Shown one piece after another: positions 35,261-43,125 of a DNA stretch of 64,000 nt. Both the position numbers and the translations under genes were made by a program. The stretch is from an uncultured bacterium (GTDB taxonomy: Bacteria > RBG-13-66-14). The notes beneath the pieces are model-generated. The model was given only the letters and a program-made list of their open reading frames with translations, ran no database searches and had not been told where the DNA came from. The stretch spans positions 31,852-95,851 of the forward strand of contig CAYTCV010000001.1 of the NCBI GenBank assembly GCA_964436465.1, in the 5' to 3' direction. Numbering within the stretch: position 1 is the first letter of the stretch; every line of letters begins with the position of its first letter.

Positions 35261-36165
35261 GTCGCGTCGCCGTAATCGGCTCCTCGATTCTGGATGTGGC
35301 GGTGGTTACACCGCGCTTCCCGCGTCCCGGCGAGACGGTGCGGCCCGACGCGCTCGGGCTCTACCCCGGCGGCAAGGGATTCAACCAGGCCCTGGCGCTG
35401 GCCCGGCTGGGGCACGAGGTCCTCTTCATCTCCAGATTGGGGGACGACCCGCTGGCGGAAGTGTTCCGCCGGGAGATGGCCGCCGCCGGGATTGACGGCG
35501 CCCACGTCGGGACGGACCCCGCGGGGACCGGCGTGGGGATTCCCATGATTGCCCCGGGCGGGGACTGCCGCATCATCGCTCACCCCCGGGCCAACCTCGC
35601 CCTGACGAAGGCCGACGTGGACGCCGCGGCGGATGAACTCCCCCGCTGCGCGGCGGTCCTGGCCCAGCTCGAGGTGCCGGTCGCGGTCGTGGCGCGGGCC
35701 TTCGCAATCGTGAAACAAGCCGGCGGCCTGACCATTTTAAACGCGGCTCCGGCGGCCGGACTTCCCGATGATATTTGGCCCCTCGTGGACGTGCTGGTGG
35801 TAAACGAGGTGGAGGCTTCGTTCTACGCCGGCGTGGAGGTGGCCGACGTTGAGTCGGCCGGAGACGCGCTTCCGCGATTGCGGAAACTCGGGCCGCCGCG
35901 CGTCGTCGTCACCCTGGGGGACAAAGGGCTGGTCGCCGGGGACGGGGAAGGGACTGTCATTCTCCCCGCGGTCGTGGTCGAGGCGGTGGATTCCACCGGG
36001 GCGGGGGACGCCTTCTGCGGGGCGCTGGCGGCGGGATTGGTGGAGGGGCTGTCTTTCGCGGATTCGTTGAAGCGGGCGAACGCGGCGGGGGCCTTCGCCG
36101 TGACGCGCATGGGCGCCGGACCGTCCATGCCGACGCGGGCGGAGCTGGACCGCTTTATAATGTAG
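35257..36165 (+). CDS. PfkB-family carbohydrate kinase (ribokinase-like)
   Basis: TTG start; VIGSSILDV, GGKGFNQALA, C-terminal DSTGAGDAFCGALAAGL ribokinase signatures. Confidence 0.75.
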   Translation: MSRVAVIGSSILDVAVVTPRFPRPGETVRPDALGLYPGGKGFNQALALARLGHEVLFISRLGDDPLAEVFRREMAAAGIDGAHVGTDPAGTGVGIPMIAPGGDCRIIAHPRANLALTKADVDAAADELPRCAAVLAQLEVPVAVVARAFAIVKQAGGLTILNAAPAAGLPDDIWPLVDVLVVNEVEASFYAGVEVADVESAGDALPRLRKLGPPRVVVTLGDKGLVAGDGEGTVILPAVVVEAVDSTGAGDAFCGALAAGLVEGLSFADSLKRANAAGAFAVTRMGAGPSMPTRAELDRFIM

Positions 36166-36189
36166 GGACCGACCGACCGGTCGGCCCGC

Positions 36190-36470
36190 GGTTTCCCTCT
36201 CCCCGTGGGAGCGGCTCGCCGACGGGCTACGGCGAGGGCTTCCATTGAAAAAGCGGCGGGGATGGGTATCTGCGGCCGAAGGCAAATCCCCGCCCTACAT
36301 TTCGGCATACTCCCTCCCCTCTTTGGGGGGAGGGCGGGGGAGAGGGGTGGAACGGCGGCCCGCAGAGGACTCGTCCTACGGGGCCGCCCTACGTCATCAC
36401 AACCCGGGGTGAGCGTCGGGATTGGAGGGGCGGGCGGGTGTGGACACCCGCCCCTACGTCGTAGCGAGCG
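36190..36470. repeat. REP-like palindromic element cluster (locus 3)
   Basis: ccctctccccgtgggag; gcggcggggatgggtatctgcggccgaaggcaaatccccgccctacat; ccctcccctctttggggggagggcggggg; gggccgccctacgtcatcaca; gggcgggtgtggacacccgcccctacgtcgtagcgagcg (the last unit is identical to one at 5650-5690). Confidence 0.7.
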
Positions 36471-36473
36471 CGT

Positions 36474-36514
36474 TTTAAAAAAACCCGGCGCCGTAAAGAC
36501 GCCGGGCGTTTTTT
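36474..36514. terminator. bidirectional rho-independent terminator
   Basis: A7-cccggcgccgtaaagacgccggg-cgT7; it serves tRNA-Ala on the minus strand and the ribokinase side on the plus strand. Confidence 0.5.
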
Positions 36515-36590
36515 TGGTGGACCCGAGGGGATTCGAACCCCTGACCTCCTCCACGCCAAGGAGGCGCGCTCCCAACTGCGCCACGGGCCC
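36515..36590 (-). tRNA. tRNA-Ala (anticodon GGC), CCA encoded
   Basis: Reverse complement GGGCCCGTGGCGCAGTTGGGAGCGCGCCTCCTTGGCGTGGAGGAGGTCAGGGGTTCGAATCCCCTCGGGTCCACCA folds as a cloverleaf: 7-bp acceptor stem, D-arm GCGC/GCGC, anticodon stem CCTCC/GGAGG with loop TTGGCGT, T-arm AGGGG-TTCGAAT-CCCCT. Confidence 0.9.
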
Positions 36591-36658
36591 TTGAGGTGCG
36601 GCATGCTAGCACAGGGGCGGGATTTTGTCAACGTCGGCCGCCGCCCCCGAAATGCGGC

Positions 36659-37705
36659 CTAATGGCCGAAGAGCTCCTCGTACTTCTCCGCGACCGCTTT
36701 CACCTTCGGGTCGTCCTCGGTGTACTTGAGCGTGTTGTAGGTCAGGTAGAGGTCCTTGACCACGACCGGATTCTCGGGGTCCACCTCGAAGAAGGCCGTC
36801 TCCAGGTATTTCACGGCGATGACGAGGTCTTCGAAAGCCATGTCGTTGCGGGTGATGTAGTAGACTCCGGCGTCGGAGAGCGCCTCGGCGTAGTCCGTTC
36901 TGGCTTTCTCTGCGTTTTCGGCCGTCGCGGTGTTGTAGTCATTCTCGGCGTCGACGACGAGGGCCTTGTAGGCGTCCTCGGCGCCGGGGTCGCCCATGTC
37001 GTAGAGGACGCGGGCCCGGGTGCGTTCCACCTTGACGTAGCCCGGGAACTTCTCCAGCCCCATGTCGCAGACCTCGAGGGCCTTGTCGTAAAGCTTGGCC
37101 TCGGCGATGGTGGCGCTGCCGACGTAGTACACCGTCCGCTGGGTTTCTTCGTCGGGCATGGTGAAGCGTCCGACGGTCTCCATGTTGTACAGCTTCTGGA
37201 TGGCGAGGTAGTACTCCTCGGCGGCCTCGGTGTTGCGCTCCATCAGCCGCAGGCATTCGGCGGCGATGTAGAAGGCCTGGTAATGGTCGGGTTCCAGCTC
37301 TTCGGCGAACCGGGCGTAGGAGAGCGCCTTCTCGTATTCGCGGCCGTTTATGGCCTTGGCCGCTTCCTGGCGCGCCACGAGGAAGTACTCGAACTCGACG
37401 ATGATATCCTCCATCTCCTTGCGGGATTCGGGGTCGAGCGCGATGGCCATGTCGTAGTACTTCATGGCGGTCTCGAAGTCGTGGAGTTGGGCGTAGCCCC
37501 AGAAGAGCATGATGTAGGCGCAGGGCTCGTTCTTGCCTTCGCCGGCAATGTAGTCGAGCATCTTGTCCACGGCCCGCTGCGGCTCCTTGGCGCGGCGGAT
37601 GTCGGTGGCGGCCCCCTCGCACTGGTACGTGCGGGCGGTCTTGCAGGAGCCGACGAGTGCGAGGCACGCGGCGAGCAACAGAATCGCAACGAGGGTCTTA
37701 CGCAT
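36659..37705 (-). CDS. TPR-like repeat lipoprotein
   Basis: MRKTLVAILLLAACLALVGSCK lipoprotein signal; helical repeat-rich, K/E/Y-rich sequence; the + strand 418-aa ORF on the same DNA is low-complexity antisense. Confidence 0.6.
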   Translation of the reverse strand: MRKTLVAILLLAACLALVGSCKTARTYQCEGAATDIRRAKEPQRAVDKMLDYIAGEGKNEPCAYIMLFWGYAQLHDFETAMKYYDMAIALDPESRKEMEDIIVEFEYFLVARQEAAKAINGREYEKALSYARFAEELEPDHYQAFYIAAECLRLMERNTEAAEEYYLAIQKLYNMETVGRFTMPDEETQRTVYYVGSATIAEAKLYDKALEVCDMGLEKFPGYVKVERTRARVLYDMGDPGAEDAYKALVVDAENDYNTATAENAEKARTDYAEALSDAGVYYITRNDMAFEDLVIAVKYLETAFFEVDPENPVVVKDLYLTYNTLKYTEDDPKVKAVAEKYEELFGH

Positions 37706-37822
37706 CTAAACTCCTTTAACTGGCCGGTTTCTAAGGCTCTCGTCCGGTCGAGTGATGATACAACCGGGGGTGGAAAAAGTAAACCGGACCCGTTTTTCGG
37801 GTTACGCGCGCCTGGCGGCCGT

Positions 37823-37848
37823 ATAAAAACCGGGGCCTGGCCCCGGCG
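37823..37848 (-). terminator. rho-independent terminator ending the hdr operon
   Basis: On the minus strand, CCGGGGCCAGGCCCCGG hairpin followed by TTTTTAT directly after the HydG-like gene. Confidence 0.45.
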
Positions 37849-37864
37849 GTGAGGCACGCGTGTG

Positions 37865-38695
37865 CTAAAAGTCCGGCGGGAGCTCGTCGATTTCCGCCTG
37901 GCTGAAGACCGGCCCGTCCAGGCAGACATACTTGGCCCCGACGTTGCACCGGCCGCATTTGCCGATGCCGCACTTCATCCGGTTCTCCAGGGTGGTGATG
38001 ACCCTTTCCGGCGCGAAGCCCATCTTGGACAGGCTCTGGAAGGCGAACTTTATCATGATGGGCGGGCCGCAGGTGACGACGAAGGCGTCCTTCGGGTCCA
38101 GCGCCGCCTCCTCCATCACCGGGGGCACGAAGCCGACCTTGCCCTTCCAGTCCGGGGTCTCTCCACCGGGGTCCACGGTGAGAATGAGCTTCGCGTCGTG
38201 CTTGGCCCACTCGTCGAACTCGCGCTTATAGAGGAGGTCACCGACGGAGCGGGCTCCGTAGAGGATGGTGACGTTTCCGTAATCCTTCCGGTTGTCCAGG
38301 ACGAACCATATCAGGCTGCGCAGAGGGGCGATGCCGATGCCGCCGCCCACGATGTGCAGGTTCTTCCCCTTCATGGACTCGTAGGGGAAATGGTTTCCGT
38401 AGGGGCCGCGGAAGCCGACGGGGTCTCCCGTATTCCGGCGCGAGAGGCCGCCGGTGACACGGCCCACCTCCTTGAAGGTGCACTCGATGTACCCCGTGCG
38501 CGAAGGTGAGCTGGCGATGCAGAAGGTGGACTCCCCTTCGCCGAAGGCCGAGTACTCGCCGAACTGCCCCGGCTCGAAGGTGAATTTCTCCCGGACCCCC
38601 TCGTCGGCGAACTCGAGCCGATAGGTCCGGGTGTCCGGGGTTTCCTGCACAATGTCCTTGATTTCCGCCAGCTGGGGCGCGTAGACGTTGGGCAT
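37865..38695 (-). CDS. FAD/NAD(P)-binding [2Fe-2S] oxidoreductase subunit (sulfhydrogenase gamma / AsrB / HydG-like)
   Basis: Ferredoxin-NADP reductase-like fold (RTYRL, HIVGGGIGIAPL) with C-terminal CGIGKCGRCNVG [2Fe-2S] motif; last gene of the hdr operon. Confidence 0.8.
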   Translation of the reverse strand: MPNVYAPQLAEIKDIVQETPDTRTYRLEFADEGVREKFTFEPGQFGEYSAFGEGESTFCIASSPSRTGYIECTFKEVGRVTGGLSRRNTGDPVGFRGPYGNHFPYESMKGKNLHIVGGGIGIAPLRSLIWFVLDNRKDYGNVTILYGARSVGDLLYKREFDEWAKHDAKLILTVDPGGETPDWKGKVGFVPPVMEEAALDPKDAFVVTCGPPIMIKFAFQSLSKMGFAPERVITTLENRMKCGIGKCGRCNVGAKYVCLDGPVFSQAEIDELPPDF

Positions 38696-38724
38696 GTTCT
38701 CCGTCCTTTCGGGCGGTTGACTCG

Positions 38725-39540
38725 TCAGAGCAGGATATCCTTACGCCGATATAAGATGTGCGAAACCAGAATGCAGAGCGCGGTCAGGCCGATGAAGTAG
38801 GCCACCCGCCACCAGTCGCAGCCGAAATGCCCGACCGCGATGTTGATGTCCACGAAACGGAAGGGGCTGATGTATCCGTAAGCCCGGGTGGTTTCGGATA
38901 TTTGGGTGAAACCGTTGATGAAGTAGAACCCCAGGACCACCCCGAGGCCCACCTTGGTGGCGGACCGACCCCTCGTCGTCAGCGTGGAGATGAAGACTCC
39001 CATTGCACCGAGGGCCAGCATCAGGAGCCACGTCTGCAGGGCGACGATGAGGAAGATGCCGGCGTCGTAAGGGCCGTCCGCCATTATCGCCATGGTAATG
39101 AGACTGGCCGGGACTACTATCAGATTCAGGGCGGTGAGTAGGGTTCCCAGGGCAGCCAGCTTGGAGTTGAGCACCTCGGCCCGTGTGATGGGCTTCGTCA
39201 GGAGGAATTCGGCGGTTTTCCGGGATTCCTCGTCGGCGATGAGCCGCGAGCCCAGCAGCATCGCCACGATGCTCCCCAACAGCAGGGTGTAGAGCCCGTA
39301 GTAGGTTACGAAGAACCCGAGCACGTTGGTCATGTTGTCCAGGTTTACGCCGAAAACGGTCAACATGCTTTTAAAGAAGGGATTGTTGAAAAATGAGTCC
39401 AGTTGTTCGAAGACCTTGCTCTGAATGATGATGGGGTAGAAGAATGTTATCAGGGTATTCAGGCCGACGAGAACCGCGCTCCAGACGAGGACCTCCTTCC
39501 AATGCCGCCGCAGCTCCATGAGGTAGACGTTCGCGTTCAA
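38725..39540 (-). CDS. ABC-2 family transporter permease
   Basis: Six TM helices, ABC-2-type permease topology; start overlaps the ATPase stop. Confidence 0.7.
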   Translation of the reverse strand: MNANVYLMELRRHWKEVLVWSAVLVGLNTLITFFYPIIIQSKVFEQLDSFFNNPFFKSMLTVFGVNLDNMTNVLGFFVTYYGLYTLLLGSIVAMLLGSRLIADEESRKTAEFLLTKPITRAEVLNSKLAALGTLLTALNLIVVPASLITMAIMADGPYDAGIFLIVALQTWLLMLALGAMGVFISTLTTRGRSATKVGLGVVLGFYFINGFTQISETTRAYGYISPFRFVDINIAVGHFGCDWWRVAYFIGLTALCILVSHILYRRKDILL

Positions 39541-40445
39541 TCTTCCCCGCCGTCCCGGTAGTAGTGAAGGAAAATTTCTTCCAGGTCCGGCTCCTCGAGG
39601 GTCAGGTCGGTGACCGGCATCCCCGCCAGGAGCGCGAGCAGGTCCCCGATGCGCCCGTCGAAGAGGAAGCGGCAGTCGCGGTCCCGGATTTCGAGCTCGT
39701 GCACACCAGCGACGTCGAGCGCGCCGGGCGCTGGAGTTTCACTCAGGCTCAGGCGGACCTTCCTGAGCTGCTTCTGGCGCAGGGAGCTAATCTCCTCGAC
39801 GTCGACGACGTGTCCCTCCTTGAGAATCGCCACCCGCCCGCAGATTTTCTGGACCTCGGACAGGACGTGGGAGGAGTAGAAGACCGTCGCCCCCCGGGCG
39901 TTCTCCTCGCGCAGCGTCTCGGTGAGGCGGGCCTGGATGAGGGGGTCGAGGCCGCCCGTCGGCTCGTCCAGAATCAGAAGCTCCGGCGAGTGGAGGAGCG
40001 CCGCCAGGATGCCGACCTTTTTCTTGGTGCCCAGGGAGAGGTCGGCGAAGTTTCGGGCCAGGTCCACCTTGAAGCGCTCGGCCAGCACCCGCGTCCGCTT
40101 CCCGTCCACCGCCCCGTAGAAGCGGGCCGAGTAGGCCAGAAGCTCGCCCACCCGCAGGCGGTCGTAGCAGTTCACCTCCGCGGGCAGATACCCGACGCGC
40201 CGCTTTATCGCCTTCGAATCCCGGACGATGTCCAGGCCGAAAATCCTCCCCGCGCCGCGCGTCGGGTACAGAAGGGACAAAAGGGTGCGGATGGTGGTGG
40301 ACTTGCCGGCGCCGTTGGGCCCGATGAAGCCGAAGATTTCCCCCGGCTCCACCTCCAGGTCCACGTCCTGGATACCCCGCGTTTTGCCGTAAAACTTGGT
40401 CAGGCCGCGGGTTTCAATCGCCGGGTGGTGAGCGGTGTCCGTCAC
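39537..40445 (-). CDS. ABC transporter ATP-binding protein (ABC-2 subfamily)
   Basis: Walker A GPNGAGKST, signature LSLGTKKKV, Walker B LLILDEPTGGLD, H-loop; C-terminal extension. Confidence 0.9.
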   Translation of the reverse strand: MTDTAHHPAIETRGLTKFYGKTRGIQDVDLEVEPGEIFGFIGPNGAGKSTTIRTLLSLLYPTRGAGRIFGLDIVRDSKAIKRRVGYLPAEVNCYDRLRVGELLAYSARFYGAVDGKRTRVLAERFKVDLARNFADLSLGTKKKVGILAALLHSPELLILDEPTGGLDPLIQARLTETLREENARGATVFYSSHVLSEVQKICGRVAILKEGHVVDVEEISSLRQKQLRKVRLSLSETPAPGALDVAGVHELEIRDRDCRFLFDGRIGDLLALLAGMPVTDLTLEEPDLEEIFLHYYRDGGED

Positions 40446-40481
40446 ATGTCCCTTAATCCCGAGCGGGGTTCCATCCGTCGC

Positions 40482-41513
40482 CTATTCCCCCTGCTCGGCC
40501 ACGGCGCCCATGACCTCGGTGATGTCCTGGCCGACGGGGCAGACGCGGATGCAGCGCCCGCAGCCGACGCAGCCGGGCAGGTTCCACTTGTCCAGGAAAA
40601 TCTTGAACTTGCAGGTGAAGCGGTTGCGCCAGCGCAGCGGCTGCCGCCCGCGCGGGTTGTGCCCCGAGGCGTGGAGGGTGAAGTGGTCGAACTGGCAGGC
40701 GTCCCAGTTCCTTTTGCGCTCGCCGGCGCCCAGCTTGCCCTCGTCCACGATGTCGAAGCAGTGGCAGGTGGGGCAGACGAAGGTGCAGGCGCCGCAGGAG
40801 AGGCAGCGGAACGCCATCTTCGGCCACTTCTCGGAATCGTAATTGTCGTAATCGTCGAGCCAGGCCTTGATGCGCTCCGGTGTTTCCGCCAGGTCGTGGC
40901 GCAGGTCCTTGTACGCCTTCTCGATGGCCTTGTCGCGCAGGGCGCGCTCGGGCGCCGGGGCGAAGACCTTTTCGTGCCTGGCCAGGAGCTCCTCGCCCTT
41001 TGTGCTGCCGGTCTCGACGTAGAAGCCGTCCTCGAGGGGGGTCAGCAGGATGTCCGCCCCCTCGACGCCGTCGGGCCGCCCGCCGGTGGAGGTGCAGAAG
41101 CAGGCGTCGTCGGCGGCGGTGCAGCTCACGGCGACGATGACGGCGGCGGCGCGCCGCTTCAGATAGAACTCGTCCTCGTACTCCCCGGCGAAGACCGCGT
41201 CCAGGCTCTGCATGCCGCGGGCGTCGCAGGGCCGGCAGAAAATCACCGTGGGCGGGTACACGTCGAGGAGGAGGTCGCGGACCCGCGTCTCGGCCGCGTC
41301 GTAGTCGTAGGCGAGAATCGGCTCCGTCCGGGCGAAGATGAAGTCCTTGGCGGAGTTGGCGGTGCAGACGTAGTCCGCCTCGTACTCCTCCATCGAGGAG
41401 AGCTCGGCGAGGACGACGTCGTCGCCGCGCCTGGTCGGCCCGACGATGCGGTAGTTGTCGCCCGTGAGCGCCTGGAAGAGGTCGCTAAAATCCCGCAGCT
41501 TGCCCTCGCGCAT
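40482..41513 (-). CDS. 4Fe-4S cluster oxidoreductase subunit (sulfhydrogenase beta / AsrA / HydB-like)
   Basis: Cys motifs CRPCDARGM, CFCTSTGG, CLSCGACTFVCPTCHC, CVGCGRCIRVCPVG characteristic of AsrA/ShyB-type FeS subunits. Confidence 0.75.
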   Translation of the reverse strand: MREGKLRDFSDLFQALTGDNYRIVGPTRRGDDVVLAELSSMEEYEADYVCTANSAKDFIFARTEPILAYDYDAAETRVRDLLLDVYPPTVIFCRPCDARGMQSLDAVFAGEYEDEFYLKRRAAAVIVAVSCTAADDACFCTSTGGRPDGVEGADILLTPLEDGFYVETGSTKGEELLARHEKVFAPAPERALRDKAIEKAYKDLRHDLAETPERIKAWLDDYDNYDSEKWPKMAFRCLSCGACTFVCPTCHCFDIVDEGKLGAGERKRNWDACQFDHFTLHASGHNPRGRQPLRWRNRFTCKFKIFLDKWNLPGCVGCGRCIRVCPVGQDITEVMGAVAEQGE

Positions 41514-41546
41514 GGCATCCCTCTGGTTGAAACGGCTGGCCGTTTT

Positions 41547-42422
41547 TTAACGGATGAACTCCTCCGCATCCTTCTCGGTGTAGGTGGTCAGCGGCGGCCG
41601 GGATTCGGGGTCCAGACCGGCCACGTAGCCGAAGCGCTCGCTGACGATTTTGCGCAGGTGCTGGTTCAGTAAATCCAGCGGTATTCCCACGGGACAGGCC
41701 CGCTGGCACTCGCCGCAGCCGATGCAGCGCCCGGCCAGGTGAAACGCCCGCACGATGTTCCAGCTCCAGCTTCCCAGCTCGTGCCCCGAGGTGGGGACCC
41801 ACTGCGGCTGGTTCGAGTCGGCGATGCACCGCTCGCAGGAGCACAGGGGGCACGCCGCGCGGCAGGCGTGGCACCGGATGCATTTGGCCAGTTCCTCGCG
41901 CCAGAAGGCGTAGCGCTCCTCCCGGGATTTTTTCGCCAGTTCCGCGGCCAATTCGCTCGGCGCGTACTCCGTGCGCGGCGCCTCTTCGGGCAGGTCGCCG
42001 ATGACGTGGGCCGTGTGCCGCGGCCGGTGGACGTCGCAGATTTCACACTTGAACGGGCGCTCGCCGTCGGCGGCGTCGAAGTTCGGGACCACGCCGGAGC
42101 AGCAGACGCCGATGAGGGTGACCTTCTCCGGGTCGAGCTGGGCCTCCTGGATGAGCCCCACGGCGGCCTTGGCGTCGCAGCCCTTCAGCACGACCGCCGG
42201 CTTGGAGAACTCCGCCCCCAGAAGCTTGTAGCGCTTGTTCAGATACCCGGCAAGGTTGTTCAGGCAGCGCTCGTCGAAAACGAGCCGCTCCACGTCCGCG
42301 GGGTCGGTGATGAAGACCGGCGCCCGTCGCCTTTCGTCGTGGTGCTTGCCGTAGCCGATGACGACGTCGGCCTCGCCGGATTCGAGGAGCTTTTTCGCCA
42401 GCTCGCGCAGTTGGGTTTCCAT
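41547..42422 (-). CDS. Hdr-associated 4Fe-4S dicluster protein (FrhB/FlxC-like)
   Basis: Start set to METQLRELAKK (the track ORF has a low-complexity 5' extension overlapping mvhD); CIRCHACRAACPLCSCERC and CIGCGECQRACPVG ferredoxin-type motifs; 4 nt after the mvhD stop. Confidence 0.65.
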   Translation of the reverse strand: METQLRELAKKLLESGEADVVIGYGKHHDERRRAPVFITDPADVERLVFDERCLNNLAGYLNKRYKLLGAEFSKPAVVLKGCDAKAAVGLIQEAQLDPEKVTLIGVCCSGVVPNFDAADGERPFKCEICDVHRPRHTAHVIGDLPEEAPRTEYAPSELAAELAKKSREERYAFWREELAKCIRCHACRAACPLCSCERCIADSNQPQWVPTSGHELGSWSWNIVRAFHLAGRCIGCGECQRACPVGIPLDLLNQHLRKIVSERFGYVAGLDPESRPPLTTYTEKDAEEFIR

Positions 42423-42426
42423 GTCC

Positions 42427-42948
42427 CTACCTGGAGAGATTGTGGTAGTCGGTGTGCGGCCCCAGCTCCCGCACCTTGTCCGTGACCTCGTTGATGACCT
42501 TGACCCACTTGACGCCCTCGGCCGCCGAGACCCAGGAGAACTGGAGCCGGTCAAGGTCCAGGCCGAGGAAGCTGAAGAGCTCGCGGAAGACGGTCCAGCG
42601 CCGCCGGGCGTGGTAGTTTCCCGTGTTGTAGTGGCAGTCGCCGGGGTGGCAGCCGGAGACCAGCACGCCGTCGGCCCCGTTCTCGAAGGCCTTGAGCACG
42701 AACAGCGGGTCTATGCGCGCCGTGCAGGGCAGCTTGATGACGCGCACGTTCGCCTGGTACTTCATGCGGCTGGTGCCCGCCAGGTCCATGCCCAGGTAGG
42801 TGCACCAGTTGCAGACGAAGGCGACTATTCGCGGCTCCCACTCCCCGCCGGAGGGCTCCGGTTTTTCCGTCTTTTCCAGGGGGACGGCCGTATCCTCGAC
42901 GACCAGCTCGTCGGCGGCCTTGGTGGTCAGGGCTTCTTTCTCGGCCAC
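42427..42948 (-). CDS. mvhD: methyl-viologen-reducing hydrogenase delta subunit (MvhD)-like protein
   Basis: FVCNWCTY...CTARIDP...SGCHPGDCHY canonical MvhD cysteine pattern. Confidence 0.85.
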   Translation of the reverse strand: MAEKEALTTKAADELVVEDTAVPLEKTEKPEPSGGEWEPRIVAFVCNWCTYLGMDLAGTSRMKYQANVRVIKLPCTARIDPLFVLKAFENGADGVLVSGCHPGDCHYNTGNYHARRRWTVFRELFSFLGLDLDRLQFSWVSAAEGVKWVKVINEVTDKVRELGPHTDYHNLSR

Positions 42949-42984
42949 AAGATTCTCCTTATTCCTTCGCAGGAGGAGTCTCTT

Positions 42985-43018
42985 TCGGGCGGGGACGGCG
43001 CCCCGCCCCTACACCCGG
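42985..43018. repeat. REP-like hairpin between hdrA and mvhD (locus 6)
   Basis: gggcggggacggcgccccgcccctacaccc, same GGGCGGGG-loop-CCCCGCCC-CTAC architecture, sitting inside the operon. Confidence 0.55.
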
Positions 43019-43125
43019 ATAGTCACGTCGTTAAAACTTACAGCGACTGAATTTCGGCGCGGCTTCGCCGTTTGTCAACTCCGGCTTTGGAGACGAGGGG
43101 TTTATCCACATTTTTCCAAAAGGGC

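Noticed and set aside
36170-37720. tRNA-Ala as attachment site for a genomic island or prophage (adjacent repeat cluster and atypical K/Y/E-rich lipoprotein)
   Set aside because: No integrase, direct repeat of the tRNA 3' end, or phage/plasmid genes were found; GC content of the flanking gene is only slightly lower than the surroundings.
36596-37852. 418-aa plus-strand ORF overlapping the TPR lipoprotein gene
   Set aside because: The minus-strand product has a lipoprotein signal and realistic amino-acid composition; the plus-strand product is V/G/L/E-rich and repetitive, and begins inside the tRNA/terminator region.
39564-41672. 702-aa plus-strand ORF opposite the ABC ATPase and HydB-like genes
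   Set aside because: Minus-strand genes carry canonical ABC and FeS motifs; the plus-strand product has no motifs and a G/A/V/R-rich composition.
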